A stretch of DNA of 64,000 bases from Lama guanicoe (lineage: Eukaryota): assembly GCA_013239625.1 (NCBI GenBank), contig MU054187.1:13114974-13178973 (forward strand). Direction: 5' to 3'. Below, piece by piece: positions 1-14,395 of this stretch. Under the pieces are notes generated by a model that worked only from the letters and a program-made list of their open reading frames with translations, searched no databases and was not told where the DNA came from. Position 1 is the stretch's first letter. Each line of letters begins with the position of its first letter. Both the position numbers and the translations under genes were made by a program.

Positions 1-214
1 TAAAGAATTAATGCTTTACTAGTAGAAAGAAGAAAGTGCTATTCGCAAATAGATTGGCACAAGAATTCCAAACCGAAACAGTGCTTCTAGCTGAAAGAAT
101 CACAGATTAGGGGTGTGCTATTTGGGATTCTTGTTCTGTAATTATATACTATCCTACCCTCCCACAATAATTTCTTATTTTAATCTGTAATAAAATATGG
201 AATTATTTTATGAA

Positions 215-540
215 AGTTAGGCCTGACCATGTGACTTTCTTTGACCCATGGGATATAAGCTAGATGTGACACTAGTAAAATCTTAAAGCATGCTGTTTCA
301 AGTGATCATCAGATCCAGTGTGATGAGAGACTTATGGGGCAAATCTGAACCAAAGCAAACCCTAAAGCAAACACAGCCAACCCATGGCCTGAAACAGAGC
401 TGCCCAGCCGAGCCCAGCCGAGCCCAGCCGAGCCCAGCCCAAAGCAGCCAATCTGCAGACTCTTGGCACGAAAATGGCACGTCAGCTGTCATAAGCCAAG
501 AAAATGTTTGTTCGTCATGTGGCATGATAAGCCGCCTGCT
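215..540 (+). mobile_element. MLT1 (ERVL-MaLR) solo-LTR fragment with an internal (CCCAGCCGAG)n repeat
   Basis: agagctgcccagccgagcccagcc...ctgcagac...taagcca motifs typical of old MLT1 subfamilies. Confidence 0.65.
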
Positions 541-899
541 GATGGGCTTTGAATTGAACATAAAGGATGGATAAAATTTCAGTATTGAAATTTAAATATC
601 TAACAAGGAGGAAAAGGACTTCCCAGGCTGAAGAACCACGTGAGTAATGACATCCATCCCATCAATCGTTCATCAAGATCTCTCATTCTTTCTTTTCATT
701 CTTACTGCTTTGACATTTTTGAAGAAGATGCTGAATTTATCTTCATATCTCACCTACTATTGTAAGAGTCTCCTAAGGTGTTTTCTTCACTTCTTCACTT
801 TAAACTACCCTGTCCATAAAAGCCAGATTAATGGTGCTAAAAAAAAAAAATGACAGTGTAAATTTCCTATTGAGAAACCTTCAATCCATCACCATGCAG

Positions 900-1400
900 A
901 CTGAACTAATCTGTTAAGCTATTCTTCATTTCACTAAATATCTTTTGAGTACCTACTATAGTCCAGCATGACTACCAGATGTAGGCAATAAAAAGCCAAA
1001 CTCAGACATGGTCCGAGATGTGTAAGGAAACCAACTGTTTCACAGCTATGAGACAAGACCATGATGGAATTGTGCAGAGAGCTGGCAGACCTTCAGGTTC
1101 AGGCAAAACATCTTCTCAAAAGAGGTGATGCTTAAATTGAGTTTTTTTGTTTTGCTTTGATGAGTAGAAATTAACTCCAGGAAGAGATCCGTTACATAGG
1201 GGTTACGTAAGACTTGCAGGGCATTCTAGGCAGAGTAAACAGCATAGGCGAGAACACTGACTGTGCCACAGCACAAAGGCTCATGGTTAGAACGGAAGGT
1301 GCATATGAGGAAGAGAAGTAGGTGGCAGTCCATTCATGAAGCCATTAGACTTCCTGTAAGGTCCACGTCCCATGCTGCTGCTTAAAACATGCTGTCACTG
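900..1400 (-). mobile_element. L2 3' fragment
   Basis: Motifs ttcactaaatatcttttgagtacctactat and gggcattctaggcagag. Confidence 0.6.
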
Positions 1401-1949
1401 ATGTTTTTGTTCACATTTAATAAATCAAGCCTCAGGATTATATTAAAAAATGGGAGGAATTTATGCAACTAATACATTAATCTTAAATATTTTCTTTCCA
1501 TTAACACAAGGAACAAAGTGAGAAGGAGAAAATACCACCAAACTAGGAACCAGAGTGGGATTTCAGTACTGCTTTATCGTGTCCTGGACCTGGTTCACTA
1601 GCCTGGTGACCCTGGCCAAGACTCATACACTCTTTGAAACCCAGTCCCCTTCCCAGTATAAAGGCAGGTAACATTTTCCGTGTGTTCATATTTTGGTGTC
1701 ATGATCAAATGACACCTATGGAAGCACGTCCCAGTCTAGAAAGTGCCACATCAATTCTAAGCACACCCACAAATTGTAAGAGGTTTTGCCTTTTGTACAA
1801 TGCTAACACCGATTTTATCAAAGAATACATCGCTAGCTTCCCTAATACTCTTTCAGAATGGCTTCACAAATGAATGATAATGTCTTCTAAGCTCATTAGA
1901 GTTCATAGGTAAATTTCAGAAAGATGCCCAGCAGTCCAGAACTACATAT

Positions 1950-3240
1950 GCCACATGAGACATTATGCAGGGAGAGTCAAAAAAGAGTTTAGAAAAAGAA
2001 TTTTTAAATAAATTATAGAATACATGACCCTTTTAAAAAAAAAGTTCAACTAAGACAATATAAAAAAAGGTGACAGAAAGTAAGCAGGCAGAACTCTAGA
2101 AAGAACCAGAAAACTAGGAATGTTACAAAACTAGGATGTAAAAAGTACAGAGAATCAACAATAAACAGAATAAATATGAATTAAACAGTCGGGGATACCA
2201 AAGAGAAGCTAGTGAAAATAGTTCAAAACAAAATGGAAATGAATTAAAACTGATTTCATAAAAAAAATATATGAAGGACAGATAGAAGATATCTAACATA
2301 TACAGAGTCAGGCTCGAGAAGGAATTTATTCAGTAAATGAACCAGATCAAAATTTTCAAATATAATGAAACAAAATGTCACCTCAAATTTTTACTTGAAC
2401 TTTCAGTCAAAAGGGCACACCAATCTCACATAACATTAATAGAGTTTTCCTAGTAAATAAAATTTTTAAAAGCCACAAAGAGACACACTGTGTGCCACCA
2501 AAAAAGAAAAAACAGTGATACAAATCAATTCCCAAACATAATGTTGTTATTAAATCTCAAGGACAAAGAAAGATCATAAGGATATTCAAGGAGGAAAGAA
2601 TCTCACTATTCACAGGTAGAAAGATCAAGTCAAACTCATCCTTCTCCACAGTAGCTTGCACTAACAGAAGACACCAGTATGACGTCTAAAACTTTAAGGG
2701 GAAAAAATGAGACCCAACAATCTTGTACTCTTCCAAGTTCCCTATTAAGTAGGAAGGCAATCTAAACATTCTCAGTCTTGCACAAAATCAGGGAACACAG
2801 CACAGCATGAGCCTTTCTTAGACAACCACTCTACTAAAAATTTCAAAACTAACAAAAAAGAATGACAAACACTAGATTCACTGAAATAGCAAAGAGTATT
2901 TAGTACTTAATATTAAATAACTATTAGGATTTTCATAACAGAATGTTATAAACCTTGACAATGTCAAAAGAATAGCTAACAAAAACTGTCAGAGAAAGAG
3001 GAAGTGAGCAGTAGGCTAATTTCCTCTGGGGTTAAGCAAAAAGTCAGTGGTCTGTCTAAAGTTGATACATACAGCTAAAAAATAATTCTTACTTGGTAGT
3101 TTCATATTAATCTTTTCCCCTTAATTTGAGATTGTTTCATCAATTAATATTCTTTGTAAAAACAACATATTCCTTGAGTTCAGCAATTCTTTGACTTACC
3201 TCAATTTTCTTCTTCTGAAATTAAATAGGATTAAATAGAA
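1950..3240 (+). mobile_element. HAL1 (half-L1) remnant
   Basis: ORF1-like motifs (gaagatatctaacata; aaagggcacacc; gagacccaacaatcttgtac; cagcatgagcctttctt). Confidence 0.6.
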
Positions 3241-4679
3241 CAATCTAATTTCTATAAGATTATTTTTTATCTGCATACATCCATCAAGGAAAGTCTGGGA
3301 AGATACACACCTAACACTATCAATGGTTATATCTCAATAGGAGGATTTGAGGTGATTTTCTTTTGCTTTATTTTTAAATAGTTTTTTTGTGTTAGAAAGT
3401 TTTATTTCCATTGTACTATTTGTAATTAGTACAGCCTTTTAAGAAAACCTGACATATAAATGAATAAAGAAGACAAAAAGTAGGGAACTATACAAAGATC
3501 TAGAATCAGACAACTCCCAATAATTAGCACAAAACTTGCCTCTGATCATCCTTCCTGGCTGCAAGGTGAAAAAGAACAATGAGGTACATATTTTTAGTGT
3601 CAAGTAAAAGAAAATCATCTTGGACAAAAGAAAGAGACCAACCAGTGTTAGCTGAGTAGTTATCATATGCTAAGCACCATATCATGTACTTCTTGCAACT
3701 CCATGATGTTTCACTAGCTCATTTTTCAGAGGAGGAAGGCCAGATGATAACTTGATATGGGTCACAAAGCCAGTCACTGACAATGGCCGAATGAGAACCC
3801 AAGTCACATGACCCGAAGCCATGCTCTCCTTCGCCCATACTCTCCTTCCCAATTTCTTGATTCTAAGTCTAAGAGAAATTAATTTCCTTTATCCTTTTAA
3901 AATGAATAAAGTGTTCAGTTGCTGGCTCTGTAAAAGTATGCAGTTAACCACAAGATCACAATCAAATTGAATCTGAATAACATCAAAACAATTAATTAAT
4001 TATACAATAGCATATTTTCACTGCTGACACAGTTTATACCAGGACATTCCCATGACAGGAAAGCGCCAAGTCTAGAATGTTGGAATAAATGATGGGAAAC
4101 AGAAATCACATAAAACATTTCTTATCCAATCCTCTTTCTTTTTTTTACACTAATTTGCATTCCACTTACTTTGATGATTCTTATGTAGTGGGAGTGACTG
4201 TTGTGAAGAAAAGAACTAAAAGCAAACAAAACTTTTCAACAATAGTTCACTGAGCATTCTAGCCTCTATTAAAACTACAACTGTGTATTCTAAATACTCC
4301 CAACAGGACAGTTTGCAATTCAGACTTCCTTTTGAAATTCTAACTTATTTTCTCATACTTGACAACTAATGATGACTATAATAAACTAAGTATATCTCCA
4401 TTCGACATGTTACATACAGTATAAAACCTGCACAAATATATTCTTTTCAAAAGGCTGAGACTAATAAACTAAGTATATTCCTACTTTTCAATAAATAGGG
4501 GTCATGATGTGAAAACATAATCTCAATTAACCATATTGATTAGCCAGTCTTTATAGGATGAAGGTGGCCACTAGCTAGTTACACATAGATGAGTATAATG
4601 AGTATAAATAATCTGTCACCACAAAGACAGTGTTTTGGTGTCTCTCCCAATACTTACAGTTTGTCTTTTCTCATGTCCT

Positions 4680-5030
4680 CCCTCATCCATTCATTCACTG
4701 AAGCAATATTGATTAAGTGTCCACTAAATGCCAGGCAATGTGATAAGACTAGTGATTAAGAGACAGGACAGGTGCTCCTCCGAGAATTCACAGTTCATTG
4801 GAAGAGAGATAGGTAAAGAACTAGTTGTAAATGAATATACTGAGAGCCTCAGTAGAGCTCTTAAAGGACCACAGAAGAGAGAATTCAACTGGTTGGAGTT
4901 ACCAAAGCAGACTTCACACAGAGGTTGGCCTTTGATTTCAAACTAGAAGGAGGAGGCTTTTGCCAGGCAGAAAAGTAGGCATGGAATACACAAAGCCAAG
5001 GAAAAAAGTACAGCTTCTAGAAGCACGACA
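4680..5030 (-). mobile_element. L2 3' fragment
   Basis: Motif catccattcattcac...tattgattaagtgtccactaaatgccaggca. Confidence 0.6.
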
Positions 5031-5329
5031 GTTAGTACAAGTTGATCTTCACTCAGCGACACATACATGATTATTTGCTACTATGCAAATATAAATATCC
5101 TGCGGCCCCAAATATAGCTTTCTTCATGCGTCTCCCATTTCCTACCATGTCGTGCTTTCTGAAGAGCAGGGGCATATGAGACAGTGACATTGGAGGGAGT
5201 TTAGAACCCGAGGAGGAAGGATGGGCCTTCCACAAACTTCCTCTGCATGGACACCTTCTCCTTTAAAAATCCTCCCTCGGTCCTTCATCTTGCTCTATCT
5301 AAGGCTCTAACTCTTCCTACTCAGCCAAA

Positions 5330-5840
5330 CTGCTAGAAAGGGTCATTGAATCTCAATACCTCAGTTCTCATTTACTCATCAACACAAGTAATCTGGACTC
5401 CACCCTTCGCTCTCCCATCAAACTGCTAGGACTTATGGTCCACTGTCCAGTGTATACCTTTTAGTACTTATCCATCTTGATCCCTCAAAGGAACCTGGCA
5501 CCACTGACCTCTCCTCTTCTGGGAACTGTCTCACCATCTCTGGCTCCTCTCCCTCTCCAACTGCACCTCAGACCTCATACTTGCCCCCTCACCCTCTCCT
5601 CAGCTCTAATATCCCTCTAAATCTTCTCCTGTTTGGTCCTTTTCTTCCTCAGCACACTTTTCCTGGGATATCTTAGATATTTGCTTCAGAATCATCCACT
5701 TGCTAATGGCTCCAAATCTATACTTCTAGGCCAGTCCACTCTAGAAACTTATGTCCAAATTTTCAACTGTCAACAGAAATTACCCACATATCTTCCAAAC
5801 CGCTCAGATTCAAATTGTCCAAAACTGAATTCATTATCCT
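5330..5840 (+). mobile_element. L2 internal fragment
   Basis: Motifs ctcccatcaaaactgct and tgtccaaaactgaattcattatc. Confidence 0.6.
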
Positions 5841-8582
5841 TGGGCATCTGCAGTTAAACATACTAAGATGAACTCTTCTTCTACATGAAAATCTTTTAAT
5901 CTTTTATTTGGGAAAAAAAGCACTCTGTCTTCACTAAGTCTTTTATTGCCAAGTAACTATAGGGTTAATTATCCAGATGTCAAATTTATAGTAACTTCAG
6001 ACAAAACAAAGTGATGAACCTATGCATAGTATTGAGGAAAACAGTTATCATCAAGTCTATTCACATAATTTAAAAAAAAAGATCAGCTACCTTTTACTCA
6101 AGGTTCCTCACTATTATATGTATGCATAAGTAATATGTATGTAATGATAAACATTCACATTACACTGATTTTAAGTAAAGAACTAGTATTACTTTTTAAA
6201 GATAAAATATCTTTAAAATCAAATGGGTCAGGCCCCATTGAGATTTGTTGTTCAGAATGTAGAGAAAAATATGAAATATTCATCTTCAATGTGAAAATAT
6301 CTATATGCATTTATTAATCATGAATACAAAGGAGTTTTGTATTACTTAGATTCCTGATCAAAGTATAAAATTGCTGGTTCCTAATGGAAAATATGCAGAA
6401 TAAAGCATATAGCTAGCTATTATCAAAACTAACCATTTCCAAACATCTTTTAAACATTAATTCCTCATCAGTAAAAAAATTTGAGTAATGTATATCTATA
6501 CATTAATGCAAACAGCACTTAATTAACATATTACACATAAAACCTACACAAAATACATTTTTTTTAAAAGATGGAAATTTAAAACTAGAAATTCTATTTT
6601 CTTCCCCTGGCTCAGTGGATTGTGCGACCCTGGCAGATATTCTCCGCTGTAAGTCCACTGGTAGAAGCAACTATTATTCCTAACTGTCCTCCTATATTTT
6701 CAGCTGCACACGTTTCTCAGACCTTTACTATGTACTTACAGACAGTCTTAGCTCTTATTACCAAAGATAGCTTAACTCCCCTTCCCACCTAAATTCATCA
6801 ACATTGCTGGTCCCAGTCAACCATTACTTAAACCTCTCAATTTACTTCTTTTGCAAAGGCTATTTCCCACAATTTATTAAAGAGCTGACTTTTTTTTTTA
6901 ACTCAGAATTTCAGTAGCTAAACGAAAAACTTGAAAATGATATAAAGGTGAATGACAATACTATTTTCTTTCTGCAACACCCAAGAATAATGTGAATGTC
7001 ACCTCCCATTAGAACAGTCTACCTTCAGAGATTTTTCTTATATTTACCGTGCACTTTAGCTTTGCAAGGGCAGCCAATCTAATGGAAAACTGGTACAAAA
7101 AGATAAAACTTAAAGGAAAAAGGTTTGACGGCTTCAGTAATGAGAATGTGGAGCCCCAATCATTGCAATTCAAAACTAGCAAACAAACCTGAATACAGAT
7201 CAAAATCAATACAATTACAAATTTATTTTTCATTTAAATTAATCCAGGACCAAGAATGACCAAGTGCCTGCAACAGGATTGGCATACTCATGGCCTAAAA
7301 GTACCTAAATTACTGGGTAATTCTCCAAAACTGTAGAATAAAGTCTAAAACCAGAAAGTCAGTTGGCATCTACTAATACCCAGAACTCTTCAACTACAAG
7401 TATTATTCAATTCTTTTTTTCCTAAATAATACTAACTATTAAGTGCATAATTGTGCTATAGGGGACATGGGATGTACTGTGTAAAAAGAAGCAGTTCCTA
7501 TTTCTATCTTAATGTGCTGTTATTTGGTTACCAATTCTTACTTTTAATTCATTTTTTTAACCGAAACCAGAAAAGGTATTTTTCCTTCTGCAACAATGAA
7601 TATTTATCTACAGTATAATGAAGGAGTCTCTTCAAAATGACTTTGATCGACTCTGAGCTGGTAGTCAAAAGACACCTGGATGGTCTCATGCTTCAGCTCA
7701 GGTGACAGTTGGCTTTCAAGAATTAATGGCCTTAAAGATCTACTAATTTTTTTGAAAATTTGACAAATATGAAATACCTACTTAGGGCTTCCAGTAAACC
7801 AATTTAGTAAGGTAGGCTATTTTAAAATATAACCTGCTGTTCGTTTAATAAAATTAAGATTTTAATATAGCAGTATTTTTAGGTGGCAATTAATCAAAGC
7901 AATGAACTTTCTCTCTTTTTTAATACTAAGAAAATAATGCAGGTATAGGTGATGACACTGCAGATATACTGACTAAAATACAGCTCCTGTAAGGTTTTTT
8001 AAGGGTATAATAATTTTGATTTTTGCCAGCAACCTAAGCCCAGTAAATAAGCTTCTGCTATATGTACCTTGGAACTTTATTCTCAGTCTGGTCGCCTTCC
8101 TGATTACTAAGTCTTTCTAAATTAGAGCAAGCAATTTCTCTTTGTTTTACCTAATATTTGAAAATGGCAAAAAAATCCCCTGGGTCACTGAAAATTATCC
8201 TTTCATTCCAGCCGCCTGTTTCAAGTCAGTCAAAACATTCCAGACTTCAAAAGGAGGCTCTGCCTTCTTAGGCCATTTTGGTGTCCCTCTATGGTTGGCC
8301 TAGGAGGGATCGGTTATTTGGATAAATTAATTTCTGGAGCCTGCTGGCCTCCTAGAAGACCTCAATGTCTGACTGCAAATTAGTTCTACTGAACATGAAG
8401 AAATCCCTGGACAGGCTAGAAGAAATAAATGGTGATAAAATCTAATACTACAACGTTTGTAATGTGATTTTATTCTGCTATGTGGCTTGTAAGCACACTT
8501 AATGTTGAATTAAATATTTTAAATTTTTTTTAAAAAAAAGGGCCATGAAAGCAGAAAATCAGATCAGCATCCAAGGCAGAGG

Positions 8583-8627
<45 letters not shown>
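8583..8627 (+). repeat. Poly(A)45 tract
   Basis: 45 uninterrupted A residues. Confidence 0.97.
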
Positions 8628-8629
<2 letters not shown>

Positions 8630-10416
8630 ACTCTTTTAAAAGAACAAACAAAAATGTCCCAGTGTTCCACAAAATCAACTGTATTTTTACATTACAGATA
8701 CAAACCCCGTTGTCGGCCACCCCCTCCTCTGAGACAGGAAGTGAGGCAGTTGAATTATGCTTTAGCCGGGGCTGTGAATAAACTGTTAGGCAGCCCCTGA
8801 GTACCGACTTGTACAAGTGCCTAAGGAGAGCTTATCCTGAAGGAAGAGAGGTCCTCGGGCCAAAACTAACAAACAGGGCCCCTCAAGCGGAACAATGGTC
8901 CAGAAAACTCAGCAAAAAAGAAAATAAACTTCACTGGCAGTTTGTTTTTGACTGTTAAGAGCTTAGCTACAACTCTATCAAGATTTTTAAGAAGGTAAGA
9001 AATTTCACACATAAGGCATTCTCACAGCTGCTTGAGAGTTTATAGTGCAAACGTATCATCTCCTCTTGCCATGTCTAATCCACTTTAGGAGATAATTGTA
9101 TCTTTTCTCTCCAAAGTAAACAGAACCACACCTCGGGAGAAGGAGATGAAGGAAAGCTTCCTCTCCCCACCTCCCCACCCCCAGGCCAGGGTTCAGCTTG
9201 AGTGAGCTGAACTGAGCTCCTCTTGATTTGGGCTAATTCCATCTAAGAGGTAGTGAACATTGGAAATAAAAACTGAAGCTGGGAACATTTTTTTTTTTCA
9301 GATCCAAAGTATACATACAGAAGATAAATGAACCCCAAATATGGCATCTTTAAATATTAATACACTTATTTATTTAATTAATAATAAACCTAATTATCCC
9401 CCCAAAAGTTCACATTAGATATTAGAATTTATTTTTAATTCTAACATTAATTATTTATCTAAGAATTTATTTAATTATTTAATAAATCTATTTTTAAAAG
9501 TCACGTCATTTTAAAATTTACATAAGGGACTGCAGTTAGCTGTCTTTGTAATTAGTTGCAAATATATTCTGGTTCCCAGGGTTTCCTGAATCTCAACATG
9601 TAAGTACATTTGCAAAAGTTTTTTAAAAAATATTTATCATGAGACTGGACATACTAGGTTAATTATTCCCCCAATCCTATACTTAGTTCCGTTCTTTTAA
9701 AAAAAAAATTTTTAATTCAAATTAAGCCAGCATTACTTGGAGCTGAATCAAATATATACATATATAGTATCATTAATAATAGATGAAAACAGCATCAACA
9801 AATAATGAGAAAAAAGCTATAAAAATAGCTGAACATGATACCTTCAGTCATAGCACAAATTTGTGCTCAATATCACTCATATTTCAATATCATGGAATTA
9901 AGGCTAACAAGATGAGCGTATTTGTGAGTTTTATTCTAACTTAACTGAAAATATTCATATACTAATTTTTTTTTTAAATTTGGAACTACATATGGGAAGC
10001 AAGTCACGTATATACAAAGAAACAAGAGAAGCTGAAAGACTGTTCAAAGCAAAATGAAGAAGCATCCATGGACGCCCTGCAGAAATTTGTGAAACCAGAA
10101 TGCATGGAAAAGCAGGCGTTTATTAACTGGAGAAATCACTGCAGAATTCCTTTACTTTTGTAAAACTTTAGAAGTGGGATATACGGTCTCAATATACTTT
10201 TTTAAACCATCAACTTCTAAACATACTTATTTTTACTGTAAATGCAAAGAAAAGTGAGGTAAATTGCTTTGTGCTTTCTAAACATTTCACAAGAAAGCTT
10301 TGTTATACTTTTCTCTTGAGGCTGCACATATTTTCAAAGGTTTTTATTGCTTATTCTACAAATAATTAGTTAGATTTCCCATTTTAAGGTCAAATTTGTA
10401 ACTACTGACCTGAACT

Positions 10417-10498
10417 TGAAAGAAAGAAAGAGAAAGAAAGAAAGAGAGAAAGAAGGAAAGAAGGAAAGGAGGAAAGGAAGAAAGGAAGAAAGAAAGAA
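10417..10498 (+). repeat. (GAAA)n/(GGAA)n purine microsatellite
   Basis: Read directly from the sequence. Confidence 0.93.
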
Positions 10499-11964
10499 CA
10501 AGTTTATTACTTTGAGTTAATTTATAACCAGCTAAAAAGGGTCAAGAATTAATTTTGTTAGATATTATAAAGAATTAAGGGAATTCATTACTGTATTTTA
10601 GAACTCACAGAGGGCTTGGAAAATGGCAAGAAATAGCAGAAGTATTTTTAATCTGTATGTGCTTTATGTGAACCTTTCTGGAAAAATATAGCACATTTTC
10701 TTTAAATTATATGCTAACCCCAAAGGAACACAGAGAGCATTATGCATTTTGCCTCCCTGAATATGGAAAAACCACCTTGATCCTTATAGCCCTATTTCCG
10801 CTCTTTCATTAAGCACTAGGTAATAAATCATGGATTCACTAAATCTCAGCGGTGAAAGGGATTTTAGAGGTAATCCGGTTCCACCGTATTCCCATGCATG
10901 AGTCTTCAACAGATTATCACCAAGTAGTAATGAGCTAAGGCTATATGTGAAAAGTGCTTAGAACAGCCCTGCTATGTAGTAAGTGCCTAATAAATGTTAT
11001 TTATTCTTTGTAGTAATAGTGGCACCACACATCTCCAAGGACCTAAAGTGGATACCTCCCAAGAAAATCAGCCCATTTCATCTTCCTCCGTAACTTGTAG
11101 TGTTTAAGGACTATTATTGGTTTAATGACTTCAAAATAGACAGTGCATAGAAAATTTAGCTACCAATGCAAACAACTTGTTTGGCAACAACTTAAAAGGA
11201 CTTGGAACAATATCTCAATTGACTTAATATGCAGTATTTGTGGGATTTTTTTTTTAGCAGAATACATTTATCATCTTAAAACTTTTCATTAAACTAGAGG
11301 ATTAAAAACTTAATTTTTTTTTTTACAAATGCTTTCATATTATTACCACCCTTTCTCATTGTTCAAGGTAGGTGAGAACTTTCTAAGATTTTAGAGCCTG
11401 CTCTTCCAAAGTAATATGAAAATCTATTCAACTCTTATTGGCAGTATAGGAAAAAGTCACTCATTTCAGTTAAAATTGCAGCAGATCACATTTGTCCCAA
11501 GAAGTGAAAGACAATCTTCAAAGGACTTGAATGCTCTGAGTAATGAATTCACTCACCATAGACTCACATGGCACTTGTGTGAGTTAGTCCAGTACCTTCC
11601 CTGCTGCCACTGCCGGTGGTTGTGTGACTTACAGCCCCCAGTCAGTATCACAAATAGATCACACATTCATTTGAAAATTACCATCAGTTATATTGTTTTA
11701 AAATGGCAGCCTAACTCACAGCTTGAATTGAAAACAGATAAAGAGCATATCAATTTTGACTGAAGTCAGTCACCGTGTTTTAAAAATGACCTCAGGCAAC
11801 CAGAAAAATAATCATTTTTTTAAAAAAGACAAGATAAAATGCTAATTGATTAAGTTAAAATATAGATCTGTTTGTGTTGGTCCACAGTAAATGGTAAGTC
11901 TATTTTTTTCCCCCAGATGATTTGGAATCTGAGCAAACAGCTGATTTCTAAGATCTAATGTGAA

Positions 11965-11999
11965 TGTTTTTTGGTGGAGGGGAGGTAATTAGGTTTACT

Positions 12000-12059
<60 letters not shown>

Positions 12060-12140
12060 CCAATGAATGTACTAGGGATTAAACCCAGGGCTCCGTTCAT
12101 GCTAAGCATGCACTCTACCACTGAGCTATACCCTTCCCCA
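11965..12140 (-). mobile_element. tRNA-Ala-derived SINE (camelid Vic-1-like) with an expanded (TAAA)n segment
   Basis: Minus strand reads ggggaagggtatagctcagtggtagagtgcatgcttagcatg...gggtttaatccc (A and B boxes); target-site duplication taatgtgaa at 11956-11964 and 12141-12149. Confidence 0.88.
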
Positions 12141-14395
12141 TAATGTGAACTTTTTAACAAATGAATTTGAATCAAAGTCAGCTTTATGGATGAAATTATT
12201 TTAAGTTGCTTAAGTTCCACTTCACCACCAACAGTTTCCTATTTTGAGAACACAAGTGGTTAGACGCAGGCATAGCTAATCAACATTTTTCAGGGCATAT
12301 AATTTCACATACTTGAACACAAAGTATTTTTGAACCCAGTTTTTGAAGTTAACCCTCCCAGCCTACCACATAAGGTCAGGTAAATGTATGTTTGTTTTTT
12401 TTTAATGTTTCAGAGAAGCTTGGATGGACAAAGCACTAAAAATCACTACTGTAAACACTGAGGGTAAAAAAAGTGAAACATGTATTTGGTCATTGTTTCT
12501 TATGCCAAGAAAATCTATTTCTTTTTTTTAGTAGAAATTAGAAATGCAATTTTAAATAAATCATTTTAATGATAAATAATCCAGTAGGTATTTTTTTTTT
12601 CTCCTTGTAAAACATGACTGGTGTTGAGGTGAATATTTGGTTACTCAAAGCATACAATTTTATTCTTGAAAAACATCTTAGATGGTTATCCTTTGAAAGA
12701 AATACAACAGCTTCATTAAAGAGAGAAATGAACATATCCTATATGCCTTACCAAATGATGTTTGATATAATAAAAAAAAATTGAGAATTTCTAGAGATCA
12801 AAATAAATTTCCATAAATTTTAGGATTCTTCAAAGGAATTTTTAGTCCACACATGATTTAAGTAAAAACAAGAACTAGTGAATGAACAGTCATCTATTTC
12901 AATATTTGAACAGCCAAATAGCAATTATCTCGTGTCCCTTTGAATTATGAACACCATATTTCAAAATGAAATAAAATCAGTAATTAAAAAAAAACTTTTT
13001 TCCTTTCTTTTACAAAAAAAGGGAAAACTATTGAAAAGGACCCAGGAATTTTTTTAATACAATTTGGAAGAAGAGAGATGCATTTGTTGTTTTTGATAAA
13101 CACACACCATGTGTACATGTGTTGCTTAATAAAGACACGCATGTTCTCCTTTTGACCCTCACAACAATTCTGAGATACCCAGGAGTGAAATATTATCTTG
13201 TTTTAGAGATGAAGACCGTGGCTCAGAAATGATCAGAGATTTGCACACACTCCAGCCAGTGGCTGAGCTGGAACTCCAACACAAGCTTCCGGCTGCCTGC
13301 CAAGCCCATGCTCCCTCCTGTACCCCACGGGTATCCTCTGACTTGAACTAGTAAGAACACAAGCTCAGTTATCACTTTATTGATGCGAGATGTCAGCATT
13401 GCAGGAATCAAAGATTTTTTTTAAAAAGAGACTGTTAGTCTGATTTCTGTTCAATTTGAATTTGGGAGACCTCTCAAAGAAATTTCAAGAATTCCTCTGA
13501 AATATAAACATTAATTGATCTAGTCTAACCTAGTAGAGCACTTGGAAAAATTTCTTCAATGAATAATATTTATTTGCAAAAAGCCTATGAAATTTTTGTA
13601 TATGATATTCAGCTTATTTTGCCTACTTTCCTATATTTCCTGCAGTTAAAATTAATCTATATTGTTATTTTCTTTTATAATCCTATTTTCCTAAAAGGAC
13701 ATATGTAAGAATTAACTTCATCCTCTGCTTAAATTATCAGAAATTTTCCATTAATGGAGGCCCAATTAATGAGGTTTCACAGCAGTGATGTTTGCTTTCA
13801 GTGTTCCTTTACCTTGATGAAAACTGATGGAGCAAGGAAAGCTCTGAGCTCGATTCTGGTCTGTTTCCAAAGGTGCCTGGTTCCCAGGAACCACGTGAAG
13901 CAAAAGCTGCCAAACTAGCACATGTGCAGATTTCTCTCTGTTTACAAAACCTCTGCTCCAGGCAACTGTGCTTATTCATTCATTCATTCATGCAACCAAA
14001 ACATTTTTTGCATCTATAGTGCACAAAGTAGAGAGGGCTGAATGCTAGAGGAGGGTGATTATTCCTGTCATATCCTCTGCCCTCAGACAGCTCACAGTCT
14101 GGAAGGTAAGCAGATGTGTAAGCAAGTGTGGACAATATAAGAGAGAATAAAATATATGTTAATTAGCAGTTTAAAGCATTTATTGTGTGAGGAGAAAAAA
14201 CTTCTGTCTGAGGAAGCAGATAAAGATAAATAAACTGACATCTGGATGCACCCAGTTTGCAAAAGAGAGAAAACACCCTGTGATTGATTCTACATGAAAT
14301 GCAATAGGAAAAAATAGTTTTATTAATTATATTTATATGTTTATATAAATACTGAGTAAAGATAATTTTAATGCAAAAATAGTTGATAAGATTAC

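Noticed and set aside
290..574. ORF with a repeated AQPS motif and 10-bp tandem repeat; considered as a CRISPR-like or coding repeat
   Set aside because: The units are contiguous with no spacers and lie inside an MLT1 LTR in mammalian DNA.
6731..6746. Minus-strand donor-like TCT|GTAAGT similar to the real exon donor
   Set aside because: No convincing acceptor or reading frame upstream of it.
8545..8816. Poly-Lys and poly-Phe ORFs
   Set aside because: Translation of the poly(A) tract.
12070..12140. tRNA-Ala-like sequence (also at about 19290-19358)
   Set aside because: These are SINE heads with A-rich tails and TSDs and degenerate stems, not tRNA genes.
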